The notes below the pieces were generated by a model, which was not told where the DNA came from, searched no databases, and worked only from the letters and a program-made list of their open reading frames with translations. A stretch of DNA of 62,918 bases, counting the filler, from Octopus bimaculoides (Eukaryota), in NCBI RefSeq assembly GCF_001194135.2. It is 4 parts of 3 records of this genome, joined end to end, with 100 filler letters (N's around TTAATTAATTAA, not from the genome) between each part and the next. Parts side by side here need not be neighbours in the genome. Positions count along the whole stretch, not along the records: positions 1 to 17,438 come from NC_068991.1; positions 17,539 to 36,448 come from NC_068996.1; 2 more parts are not named here. One strand, written 5' to 3'. A program made the translations under genes and the position numbers. Below are positions 11,680 to 23,269 of the stretch, piece after piece; positions within the stretch are counted from its first letter, which is position 1, and each line of letters opens with the position of its first letter.

Positions 11680-13098
11680 AGAGATTCAAACACACACATA
11701 CACACACACACACGCTGCACAAATTAAAACAGAAGTAAACTTGAAAAGCCAAGGCATTGAAGAAGAACTGGATGGCCAGCCACAATTGGAATTCAATGTT
11801 TAACAAGCAGGTCACTAGAAAAACCGACAGAGTTTTTCTAAAGTTCAACATAAGATTCAATGAGTTCATTGTGTTTCGTATTCAAAGAAAAGAGCTTCAT
11901 TAGAGATCAGCTCTGTTCTTTGTTGTTGAGAATGTGAAAAGAATTGGAGAAAGAAGGAAATCACTTCATCTAAGGTACTCGGTACATACAATACAAATAT
12001 CAAACTTTGCAGCAGAATGTCAGATGTACTGAGAAGTTACGGCAATGGAAATGAACCTGTAGAGCTCTGACAGCAGATATATGTGTGCTGGAGTGAGAAA
12101 ATGGAAGATTAAGGCATTGTTGTTGCTATTTGATAATAGTTGTATAGATTAATTAGGCCAGAGGTAGATATGCTAATATGGTTAGGCGAAATATTCTGAA
12201 ATATAAAGCAGTACACAGCCTTGGGTTTCTGTTTTTGTGGGGTTTGCTCTTGATTAGTTTTCTTATTTTAACCCTTTTGTAACATATTCTGAATAAAAAG
12301 AAAGAAACTGAAAGAAGCCCACGGTACACACACACACACAAACAAACAAAAAGAATGTAGCTTGAATAATGGACTGAGTCAACAACTATTGAAAAGATTG
12401 CAGGACACAACGAAAAATAAATAAGTAAATGAGTGGAAATTTTACCAGTGAGTGTGTTAAATTATAAGGCACTAAAAGAGAATGGCTCTCCCCAGATACA
12501 GCAGAATATGCTTCAACACACGAACTCACATAAAGATTCTTGCAAACCAAATCCAAAAACAAATATATATATATATATATATATANNNNNNNNNNNNNNN
12601 NNNNNNNNNNNNNNNNNNNNNNNNNNNNNNNNNNNNNNNNNNNNNNNNNNNNNNNNNNNNNNNNNNNNNNNNNNNNNNNNNNNNNNNNNNNNNNNNNNNN
12701 NNNNNNNNNNNNNNNNNNNNNNNNNNNNNNNNNNNNNNNNNNNNNNNNNNNNNNNNNNNNNNNNNNNNNNNNNNNNNNNNNNNNNNNNNNNNNNNNNNNN
12801 NNNNNNNNNNNNNNNNNNNNNNNNNNNNNNNNNNNNNNNNNNNNNNNNNNNNNNNNNNNNNNNNNNNNNNNNNNNNNNNNNNNNNNNNNNNNNNNNNNNN
12901 NNNNNNNNNNNNNNNNNNNNNNNNNNNNNNNNNNNNNNNNNNNNNNNNNNNNNNNNNNNNNNNNNNNNNNNNNNNNNNNNNNNNNNNNNNNNNNNNNNNN
13001 NNNNNNNNNNNNNNNNNNNNNNNNNNNNNNNNNNNNNNNNNNNNNNNNNNNNNNNNNNNNNNNNNNNNNNNNNNNNNNNNNNNNNNNNNNNNNNNTTA

Positions 13099-13889
13099 CA
13101 GGGTGTCCCAACAGTCACTGATGGGTTTCAATTTTTAATAATTTCCTTAACTTTACAAATAAATGCATGAAATTTTGATACAATATAAAGGACATAATAG
13201 AAATTAATATGCACAAGTCAAATTTTGCAACACCACTACATCATCATCATCATCATCATCATCGTTTAACGTCCGCTTTCCATGCTAGCATGGGTTGGAC
13301 GATTTGACTGAGGACTGGTGCAACCGGATGGCTACACCAGGCTCCAATCTAATTTGGCAGAGTTTCTACAGCTGGATGCCCTTCCTAACGCCAACCACTC
13401 AGAGGGCAGCCATTTTCAGCTTCACATGCTCGTGCTCTTTCCAAAACTTGCACCATAAAACCCTCAACAGTTTCAGACTCTACTTCTCTGATTTCTCTAA
13501 TGATGTTCTCCTTCTGTTGTACCAGGGTTTCCTGTTTGTTGATGTAAATCCTCCCTTTCAGGAACCCCCACAAGAAAAAATCCAGGCTCGTCAAGTCTGG
13601 GGAATGTGAAGGCCATTCAAAGTAGACCTCGCTCAAGGTTCCAGCAAGATGGGGCATCTGCTTATACTGCAAGAGAAACAATGCAGTTGCTATGGCAGGG
13701 CTTTGGGGAGAGAATAATCTCCTGCTATGGCAATGTCAACTGGTCTTCCCTTGACCAGCCTGGATTTTTTCTTGTGGATATTAATTTCCATTATGTCCTT
13801 TATATTGTACCAAAATTTCATGCATTTATTTGTAAAGTCGAGGAAGTTATTAAAAATTGAAACCCATCAGTGACTTTTGGGACACCCTG
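13099..13889 (-). mobile_element. Tc1/mariner-superfamily non-autonomous element with ~119-bp TIRs and rearranged transposase remnants
   Basis: TA|CAGGGTGTCCCAA...TTGGGACACCCTG|TA. TIRs at 13099-13217 and 13771-13889. Minus strand WPSHSPDLTSLDFFLWGFLKGRIY; plus strand FQQDGASAYTARETMQLL. Confidence 0.9.
13240..13405 (-). mobile_element. Repeat family B copy inserted into the mariner element
   Basis: (CAT)n CGTTTAACGTCCGCTTTCCATGCTAGC..CTGGATGCCCTTCCTAACGCCAACCACTC interrupts the transposase 3' end. Confidence 0.85.
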
Positions 13890-14025
13890 TAATATATTTA
13901 TATAGATATATATTCACTCTGGTTTCAATGCATGCTGTAAGTTCAAGTCGTACGCTCGACAAATACAATTCTGATATTTCACTCTGTACAATAACTGCAA
14001 TGCAACTTAAAACTAGATTTTTGCT

Positions 14026-14342
14026 TTATTTACATTATTTACATTTGACGGATATTTGTCCTCATCTTGTTTGTTGTTAACACAATGTTTCGGCTGATAT
14101 ACCCTCCAGCCTTCATCNNNNNNNNNNTGTTAACACAATGTTTCGGCTGATATACCCTCCAGCCTTCATCAGGTGTCTTGGGGAAATTTGGAACCTGGGT
14201 TCTCATTTCTAAGGTATTTTTCAATATTATTATTACTATTATTATTCAGGTCACTGCCTGGAATTGAACTTGGAATTTTGGGGTTAGTAGCCCACGCTCT
14301 TAACCATTTCGCCATATGCCTCATCTCTTAAATATAGAACTG
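14026..14342 (-). mobile_element. Second insertion of the tRNA-headed hammerhead element (one full inverted monomer plus short 3' terminus)
   Basis: Same sequence as 2314-2580, followed by CCTCATCTCTTAAATATAGAACTGT. Flanked by TAGATTTTTGCT (14014-14025) and TAGATTGTTGCT (14343-14354). Confidence 0.85.
14132..14177 (-). ncRNA. Minimal type I hammerhead ribozyme motif, core intact, stem III G>A
   Basis: Minus strand GACAC CTGATGA A GGCTGG AGGGTATA TCAGCC GAAAC ATT GTGTT. Confidence 0.65.
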
Positions 14343-15950
14343 TAGATTGTTGCTATTGCTTAGCCTCAGGCCAACCCTGATCACTTTGCTTAGAGTTTTC
14401 AACCTATGCTGAGACATTCATCAAGTCAGGACATGGTGACACAAAACTAAAAACTGTAATGTAATATGTCCTTCCTATTCTTCCGTCATCATGTTTCATA
14501 AGCCACAGAGTAAAGAAAAAGGAATTTAAAGGACCAAAGATCAATTCTGGATTCACAGATTTAAGTAGTCAAGAGACAAATCTGTTTGGTTTATCCCATA
14601 CACATAACATTCTGAGATGATTTAATGGCTCTTCTTGATAACTAGGGAAACCAAAGCAGTGAAAAATACTGAATCTACAGAAACAAGTGGTTGTCTGTAC
14701 CATAAACCCCTGATCTCCTCTTACCACTTCCCTCATTCCTTTGCAGCAATCACTGTATGATTTGCTTGCTTGCAACCAAAGTGGGGACACCATTTTGCCA
14801 TTATCTTTCTTCTTCACTCTCAGATGAAGTTCAAGTGTCAGAAATGGTAAATTCTTCATTCTTCTTAGAACTTTTCCATAAGAAAACAAATAAAGCAAGC
14901 CTGCCTTTCAAAGAAGCAACAGGTGTGTCTGTAGGGGATTCAGACTGGAGGCCTTTACCACTGCTGACCCACTCAACAAGTTCCCTTTCATTGTGATGGT
15001 GCATTTTTCACTCTAAAAACATGACAAGCATTTCTCGTTTATAAAAATATAAAATTTTTACACAACTGAAAGAAGGAAAGACAGCACCAGTGACATTTTC
15101 CAAGTTCTCCGAGGTTTGTAGGAAGAAGAGCAAAGGTCAACCTCAGACAGGTCAAGCTAAAGGTCAGCCTAAATGATTGTACTGTAATGGACTCAACTAT
15201 AAAAACACAAAAGGACCAATTGGTGATGTTAAACTTTACAATGAATGAAGATGACCACACGGCAAAAGAACTGGTCCTTCCTACATATTTTCCATGAACC
15301 AAATATTATTGACGAGGCTCAGATCAATCCAAGGCAACACTGAAAGAAGCCAAGGTGCCAATCAGTGGGGTCCAGCTGAAAACCATGTAGGTGCAGCAGG
15401 AATTTCTTAACGAAGCTAAAATCTTAAATCTTCAGCCTCAGATAATTATTTTTCAAGTTGTTAACAGATAAGAAATTGAGGCTGCAATATATAAACATTT
15501 AATAAGATTACGTGCTAAGACCTAACGTAAACTTGTGACCTGCTGTTGTAACATATTGAAAATTTCCAGGGTTACTCTGACCTCCCGAAACTAATGACCC
15601 ACTGCAGCTGCAAATTAAAACTGTTCTAGGCTTTTATATGTTTGTGTGTGTGTGTGTGTACATAGATACATATGTATGTATGTAAGTTTGTATGAGTGTA
15701 TGTGTATGTTAATGTAATATATTCATTAGGAAAGTCCTATGCCAGCAGCGAAAGAAATCATTCAATAAATTTGTATTTTTGAATCTCTCAGACAATTTTT
15801 TGGGTAAAGTGTTCTTTAGTGTTTACCAACAAATGGTCTCCCTGTGTATGTCTATGTGTACAACAAGCAGCATATTGCTAGAACTGTTGTGTATGTATAT
15901 ATATATATATATGTGTGTGTGTGCGCATGTGTATATATATATATGTATAT

Positions 15951-15954
<4 letters not shown>

Positions 15955-15999
<45 letters not shown>

Positions 16000-16014
16000 N
16001 NNNNNNNNNTATAT

Positions 16015-16075
<61 letters not shown>

Positions 16076-16087
16076 CATAGATGGATG

Positions 16088-16138
<51 letters not shown>

Positions 16139-16140
16139 GC
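15955..16140. repeat. (GATA)n microsatellite
   Basis: Directly visible, interrupted by a 10-N gap. Confidence 0.95.
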
Positions 16141-17217
16141 ATATGTACATACAAGCAACATATATGGATATATCTATCATCATCATTGTCGTCGTCATTT
16201 AGCGTCCATTTTCCAAGTAGAAACAAACAAACGACATCAATCTTCTAAGAATAACTGACAGAAGAATACTCCAGGTATGGATTTAATAAGAAATTAGGTT
16301 TCATTTTATTTCACACGTGGTAACTGGTGCACTGATTGGTTTCTCCTTTTTCCAATGCTCATTGGCCAAAGCTCACTGGTTTTCCTCATCTTCCCCCATT
16401 GAAAAGAATTATGTACAACCTGGTGTCTGTTCTCGTTGCATCAATGACATTTTATTGTAGCTTTAGTGCACTAACAAAAGGTATTTGAAATACCTGCACC
16501 ATGTATATTCTGTCTGACATGACATACATGCTTCCAGATTATTCTCCAGTGATGCATGGCCTCCACTATTGAACGTTGGCTGTGGACAAACCACAACCTA
16601 TACCAATCTCAGAACAAACCAAAATCAGGTTGGTTCCATTCTTCTCAAAATGCTGCACAATTCTTTCTTCTTCTCATCTATTTCCCATGCTATTAGGACT
16701 CAACACGTGAGTCCTAACTTCATTATTTCTGTCACTTATTCTTCCCAATCGAATCAATCAAATATTTTCTCTGGTAAAAGTTGTTTGTTTGTCAATAGAT
16801 TTTCTAAGGTCTCTTTCTCATTCTAACAATAATTCTAACTTGCTATAGATGATAGAATTACTCATTTTCCAAAAATCTATTCATACAGTCTATATAAGTA
16901 TTTCTATTATTAGAAAATACCTGATTCACCTGTTCCATTTTTTTGGATGCCAACATTTATTCATTCAGATGTCGTTGGAGAGTTTCTTCCTGTCTACTCC
17001 ATTGAAACAAATCCTAAATAGCCATGGAATTTTTTCAAATTCTATAACCTCTATATAACTGATAAGGGCACGTGAAGTGCAAAAGACATAACTGGGCCCT
17101 CTGTAATCATATAAAATTAACCCTGGAATCATTCTACAATGGATTGCTGTATTGCTGGACATTCTACATGCTAGAAAAATCTTTAATGTTTATGGCGCCA
17201 AAAGAGACAACCTATGG

Positions 17218-17437
17218 CATCATCATCATCATCGTTTAACGTCCGCTTTCCATGCTAGCATGGGTTGGACGATTTGACTGAGGACTGGTGAAACCGGATG
17301 GCAACACCAGGCTCCAGTCTGATTTGGCAGAGTTTCTACAGCTGGATGCCCTTCCTAACGCCAACCACTCAGAGAGTGTAGTGGGTGCTTTTACGTGTCA
17401 CCCGCACGAAAACGGCCACGCTCGAAATGGTGTCTTT
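17218..17437 (-). mobile_element. Repeat family B copy
   Basis: Near-identical to 13240-13405 and extends further. Confidence 0.85.
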
Positions 17438-17538
17438 TNNNNNNNNNNNNNNNNNNNNNNNNNNNNNNNNNNNNNNNNNNNNTTAATTAATTAANNNNNN
17501 NNNNNNNNNNNNNNNNNNNNNNNNNNNNNNNNNNNNNN

Positions 17539-17595
<57 letters not shown>

Positions 17596-17617
17596 ATAAC
17601 TATATGTATTTATGTAT

Positions 17618-17760
17618 CAGCTGTGTGATAAGAAGTTTGCTTCCCAACCACATCGTTTCAGGTTCAGTCCCACTACGTGGCACCTCGGAGAAGTGTCTTC
17701 AGCTAACCAAAGCCTTGTGAGTAGATTTGGTGAATGGAAACTGAAAGAAGCCCGTCGTGT
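17618..17760 (+). mobile_element. SINE family A
   Basis: GCTGTGTGATAAGAAGTTTGCTTCCCAACCAC..GTTCAGTCCCACTACGTGGCACC..GAAACTGAAAGAAGCCCGTCG. Confidence 0.8.
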
Positions 17761-17819
17761 ATATGTGTCTGTGTGTGCGTGTGTGTGTGTGTTTTTTTGT
17801 GTGCATGGCAGCTACATCA

Positions 17820-19739
17820 AGATGTGAATAGAAGGAGTGATCTCGGGTGATGAAATGGGGAAGAAAAACAGCTACAATGATGCAAGATGTCTTGATTGAG
17901 AGTGAGAGCGGAGGATCCGGAGAAGGGCAGCTGGTATGTGCCCGAAACAGAAAAAGGGATCGTATGGTGTGGCGCAAGGTGCATAATGATAGAAGTAATT
18001 TTTGAAATGGCTCGAGAAGAAAAATTATTACGACCACATGAATGTAACTGAACTGGACGCTGTGTTGAAAGGTGTGAACTTAGCGCTGAGATGGGGACTA
18101 CGTGCTGTCGAGATTCGGACTGATTCTGCCTCGGTACAGGGGTGGGTGGCTCAGTGATTACCAATCAGAAGGGTATCCGAATGAAAAGGGTCGCGGAAAT
18201 GATAAGCGTCACCTGAAAATCTTGAGAGAATTAGCTGATAAGTTTGGCCTGAAGCCGCAGGTAGTTTTTGCGCCTGTGAATAAAAACAAAAGCAGATGTT
18301 CTAACTAGGGTTAAAAAAACCCCCAAAAAACACTGGTTTGAAGTGACAGAGGATTCATTGTGTGGAGTAGCTACAACATGTCTGCTAGAGGGCCCAAAGG
18401 GAAGCTGCACAACATGCACCACATGGGAGTCGACAGGACTCTGTTTTGGGCAAGAAAAGTCGACCCTGTTGTCACAAGGGAAAGTGTTTGGAAGTTAGTT
18501 GGGAGTTGTAACTGGTGTCAGTCCTTCAACCCCGCACCGAGTGTGCATGAGAGTGGAAATATTCGAGTGGAGGAAGACTGGAAGAGTCTAGCGATAAATG
18601 TAACGCACTGTTAGAGAAGGCCGTACCTGTGGACCAGGGTGGATGGAGGGAAATCAGGATGGGGACTGCGGCCGAAATTGCAAACTTACTGAATACAATA
18701 TTCTTGAAAAGGAGACCAGTGGATAAGCTGTTGATGGACAACAGCACAACGTTTCGTTCGGAACAGCTGAAGGAGATGCTCGAAAGATGGAACATCAAAT
18801 ATTTCTTCAGAGCTGCATACAAGCTCAGTGGAAATGAGATTGTGGAGTGACACCATCGCACAATCAAAGTCATGACTGAAAGAGGACGAATTTCCCCCAG
18901 TGAGGCAGGTTTTTTTTGTACACTATGTTGCCCAGGATAGGACAAACTGAGGAGTCGGTCCTGCAAAGAGTCATATGCCAGTACGAATGGAAACACCCAA
19001 ATGTAGAACCGCAGCTGGCAGAAGTGGAAGGGTATGTACCTCACGTTTTCAAATCGGAGACAAAATGTGGGTGAAGCCATTTAATGCATGGTGCAGGACT
19101 CAGTGGGAGAAAGGAAAGGTGACTGCAGTTAAAACTCGGTATAACGTATCAGTGGACGGAACTCCGCATCACATCTTGGACGTTCGTAAAGTTGTTAGCT
19201 CCTCTGATGACGAAGGAAAGTGAGAGGCCAGCCCCATGACATTGCGAAGATCACGAAGGGAGCGTCAACTACCCAGATGGATGGACAACTGTGAAATGGA
19301 ATAGAATGGCAGTGATCTTTAGATCGGGGCGGAGGGGGGTGGGGTGGTGAAGGGAGATGTTGAGACCGGAAGCAAAGGGGAGTGACACCGCGTCAAGAAG
19401 CGGAGCATTTGAACAGCCTAATTGTTGGAACAGACGCCGAGGCGAAGAACGCGTGGAGCGAATTTTGAAGGAGCAGTAGTTTCTGGTCAGAGGATGGGAA
19501 AGTGTACACATGTAAAAACGTCCAATGATTTTTTCTGATCCTGGTGGAGTGTAGCTTTTTACTCTATTCGGAAGCACGCCTCGAAGAGCATTTGTATTTT
19601 CCCCCGTCCCTTCTACATTGTTTTTAACACGCATACGCAAGCAAAATTTATTCCAGTTGCTTCAGTTCGTTGTTACTGTGAAGTTTCTCTCTCTGGCTGG
19701 TTTCTCAGACAGCTGACCTGGTTAATTTTTCGAACCTAC
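17820..19739 (+). mobile_element. Gypsy/Ty3 LTR retrotransposon relic: RNase H, integrase, PPT, 3' LTR
   Basis: RNase H-like HMNVTELDAVLKGVNLALRWGLRAVEIRTDS (~18035-18125). Integrase HHCC (HNMHHMG..CNWCQ) and core (LLMDNSTTFRS..SGNEIVE). C-terminal FQIGDKMWVKP. Purine tract then TGTTG at 19358. Multiple stops and frameshifts; LTR 3' end uncertain. Confidence 0.85.
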
Positions 19740-20832
19740 CGCCCTTTTCAAGCCCTCCTTGACCAGTAGAATGAAGGAAAGATGTTATCTCTAGATTATA
19801 AATGTTTCCTGTTGCTTGCTACAGAGTGTTCTAAGCTTTAGACAGCCAAGAGCCCAGTGACGTGTTAAACCGGGCGACGACAACTGGTTATTAACGAGAG
19901 TGCGTGAAGTAGAAAAATGCTTACTTGATGTGCATATGATTGTGTTTTTATACTGCATGGGTAAACTAGTAACGTATTTAGGTGGGTGTCCACCCCGGGC
20001 GATGCTTTTATGGGGGGCGACACTTTCAGTTCTGCTATATATGCTTGCATAAGGAAGGCAGCAAACTCAAGGGTGGCATACACTCTAGCTGCATCACTGG
20101 AGGAGACTAGAGGGCTAAGTCCATACTGAAGGGTGCTTCCCAGTCTGTTCTTCGCTTAGTGTATGTCTGACATATCTTAATGTTGAATATGGATGGCGCC
20201 CGCAAACAAATATTTATGGTAAATCATGTTTTGTTAGAAGTACTAGTAAGAATCTCGGTAATGGTTAGAAAGAAGAGTAAGATGAACTATCACTAAAACT
20301 TTGGTGGATAAACTCATAGCCCGGTCTAGATTATCTCTGTATACTTGTAAGAGGGATTAGTGCAATGACAAAGAGATCGAGTCTCCCTGGGAAATGTCCC
20401 GGCGTATTTTCATGTTGCCTAGCAAATTCATTTGCATATGTCAGTTCTCCCTTCCATCCTATCATTGATTTCTCCAAAAAGTTGTTTATCTTCTCATTGT
20501 CTCTGAGTGCCCTTAGACACTCCAAGGGCCATCTGTGCGAGACATTGTCGTGAGCGTTCATGTAATCTATCCAGTCAACAGCTAAATTCTTCTTCCTTAC
20601 TCATACCTCATTTATTATTCTCCTATCTGTATACAGCAGATCAACAGTTCCGTTTGATTTCTTCTTACATCCTTTTTGTTCCTCTAGCAATAGATTTTCC
20701 TTTTCCAGAAAATTATATACTTCATCTGTTATGAAGACTTTGCCTTTCATCCTTTCGGAGTCGATGTAATCTCTCACCAAAAATTTCAGGCCTTGTGCCT
20801 ATAGTAAAAAGGATTATATTTAATTTACAAAC

Positions 20833-21010
20833 GGTGTCGAGCTGGTAGAATCGTTAGAGCGTCGGGAAAATGGATTACAGTATTGGTTCACTCTTAACAT
20901 TCTGAGTTCAAAGCCCGCCAAGATTAACTTTGCCTTTTATCCGTCCAGGGGTCGATAAAATAAGATACCAGTCAAGTACCGGGTTTAATGGTTTCGACTA
21001 ATTCCCCTTT
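20833..21010 (+). mobile_element. SINE family C (tRNA head, Meta-like central domain)
   Basis: GAGCTGGTAGAATCGTTAG..GAGTTCAAA..CTTTGCCTTTTATCC..GGGGTCGATAAAATAAG. Related copy at 22434 and a deleted copy at ~20735-20800. Confidence 0.7.
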
Positions 21011-21204
21011 AAGTTTAATTTATTTAATTTACACTTATATATTACGTGTGCTTATATTTGTATACCCAAAGATATCAAGATAGGAACAATGTGTACCACA
21101 GATGTTCTTTCTTTCAATGGTTGGGCTGAGAGGCGTCAATTGCATTATATTCACAGTGTATATAGTTGTGTGCCGGTTTTCGTTTGCAATTTTCCATATG
21201 CTCC

Positions 21205-21720
21205 CGTGTTTATATACATCTTTCGAAGCATTTCCTTTCGTAACTACTTGAGATCATAAAGGAGTCTATTACGTAATAGGACGTATTATTTTTTTCCAAT
21301 AGGAAAACCAACCAACAAATCGGAAGATCACCTCTCGTATCTCGTCTACGACGCTGTGTAGTGTCTGTTGCCAAAAATACTTGATCAAATGTATCTAGTT
21401 CATCCGAGAATAAATTCGTACTGAAATCGGTGCGAGTTCGTAATTCGCTAACTTTGCAAAATAATTTCACCGGCGCAGATCACCATTAGTTTTCTCAGAC
21501 TCCATCATTGTCAGACTAGAGTTATCCAATCGTCAATATATTGCTGATATTTTCAAAATATGATTCGTATCTCCGTTTTTGATGTTGTTCACGAGATCAA
21601 GGTGAGCCTTCGTCGAGAAGACAAGCCGTTGAAAACACATCGTTTTGAGACATAGTGTTCCTAGGATATTACCATGCGTCCTCCCGTCACGGTTTTGCAT
21701 CATTACAGATGTGTAATACC
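21205..21720 (-). pseudogene. Highly decayed Tc1/mariner-type transposase fragment
   Basis: Minus strand shows a frameshifted FSDEAH-like motif (TTCTCGACGAAGGCTCAC), a W/FQQD-like TTTTGGCAACAGAC and a C-terminal DVYK. Confidence 0.45.
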
Positions 21721-21984
21721 CCTCACACTGATTTAGTTTCCTCATAACTTTCTGAAAACTACATATTTCTAAATAAAATTTTCAACAAGTACAGTTCAGA
21801 TATATAGATTATGATTGTGAATGAAAGATGTGGAGGGGGAATAATTCATTTTCCTCATGAAAGCGTGTGAGGGAACAAGTGTCGTTTTTCTTGAAATATC
21901 TACTCTCCGACCATTTTTTAAAACAATAAGTTCCAATATAATCGTAATCTACATCACCTGAAAGCTATTTGAAGAAAATTTCAT

Positions 21985-22191
21985 TGGTAAATTTTCAGAT
22001 TAACACCCTCACGATTTTCACTAGGGTGTTAGGGTTAGGGTTTTAGGGTCAGGGTTAGGGTTTAGGTTTAGGGTTAGGGTTTAGGGTTAGGGTTACGATT
22101 ACGGTTAGGGTTTAGCGTTAGGATTAGGGTTAGGATTAGGGTTAGGGTTAGGGTTAGGTAATCGTGCGGGTGTTAATCTGAAAATTTACCA
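21985..22191 (+). repeat. Interstitial degenerate (TTAGGG)n tract enclosed by a 32-bp inverted repeat
   Basis: Arms 21985-22016 and 22160-22191 match 31/32. The 143-nt loop consists of TTAGGG/TTTAGGG/TTAGGA variants. Confidence 0.9.
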
Positions 22192-22433
22192 TTAAATACT
22201 AATTTTTCGGAAAGTTGCGAAACTCTCTCATTCGAAAAAAACTTTTCATAATTACAGACATAATCTGAAAGACATTTGTAGAAAATTTAATTTAAAAAGT
22301 ATCCATTTTCAGAAAGGGTAATTGTTTAGTTTAGTTTTTTAAAAAAAAGTAAATAAAATTTAAGGTGGCGGTAAGTAGTAAAAGAAACAAAGGGACATTG
22401 GGTCGAAATACCTGACCGCTCAGAGGAAACTTT

Positions 22434-22650
22434 AGCTGGCAGAATCGTTAGCACACCGGGCGAAATGCTTAGCGGTATTTCGTCTGCCGTTACGTTCTAA
22501 GTTCAAATTCCGCCGAGGTCGACTTTGTATTCATCCTTTCGGGGTCGATTAAATAAGTACCAGTTACGCGCTGGAGTCGATGTAATCGACTTAATCCCTT
22601 TGTTTGTCCCCTCTATGTTTAGCTCCTTGTGGGCAGTAAAGAAATAAATA
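22434..22650 (+). mobile_element. SINE family C copy
   Basis: AGCTGGCAGAATCGTTAGC..GTTCAAATTCCGCCGAGGTCGACTTTG..CATCCTTTCGGGGTCGATTAAATAAGTACCAG, ending in (AAAT)n. Confidence 0.8.
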
Positions 22651-22875
22651 AATAAGCAAGCTGTTTCTTTTACTACTTATCTCCCCTTTTTTTATATAAC
22701 TAAACTGAACAATCACCTCAGAAGGTTATAAGGAAAAAAAGTTGGTGGAGTGGAGGTACACTTGTGTACGTATGCCCAAATGTGAACCTTTAATCAGGGT
22801 GAAGAAATTGGAGCTATACAACGAATATTTCGTTTATAAATATTTCGTTTTCATTAAAAGTTGCACGGGATGATT

Positions 22876-22990
22876 AAATTTCTTCTAATCACTTCAAATA
22901 TTTCAAATACTAAACTACATCAAAACTACATTTCTTTAAAAAAATAATTTAGTGAAAATTCGAAATACTTGAAGTGATTGGAAGAAATTT
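22876..22990. repeat. 33-bp inverted repeat, probable MITE remnant
   Basis: 22876-22908 vs 22958-22990, 30/33 complementary. Confidence 0.6.
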
Positions 22991-23269
22991 ACAAGATCCG
23001 TCGCATATGATGCCTGATGAACAAACGACACACTGTGCATAAAACTCAGCATGCATAGGATACATCCGAAGCTTGGTGGATATTTTACTGGCTAAAGAAA
23101 GTTAGCTACGAGCAGTGCCGTGATAAGACATGTGCCCAGGAGTCTAGGGACCCAATTGTGATCTACGTACGCTGTGGGTTACTGTCATTAAATAAATACT
23201 ATAAGGTCCAGATCATTAAATTGCTCGGATGCCCAAAATTCTCCTCAGACGGTTCTGGTTATTAGATCG

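Noticed and set aside
17483-17494. TTAATTAATTAA island inside N-runs (identical at 36493-36504 and 60007-60018)
   Set aside because: Six-frame-stop spacer typical of scaffolding linkers; an assembly artefact, not biology.
22017-22159. True chromosome end
   Set aside because: Short, degenerate and embedded in continuous sequence on both sides.
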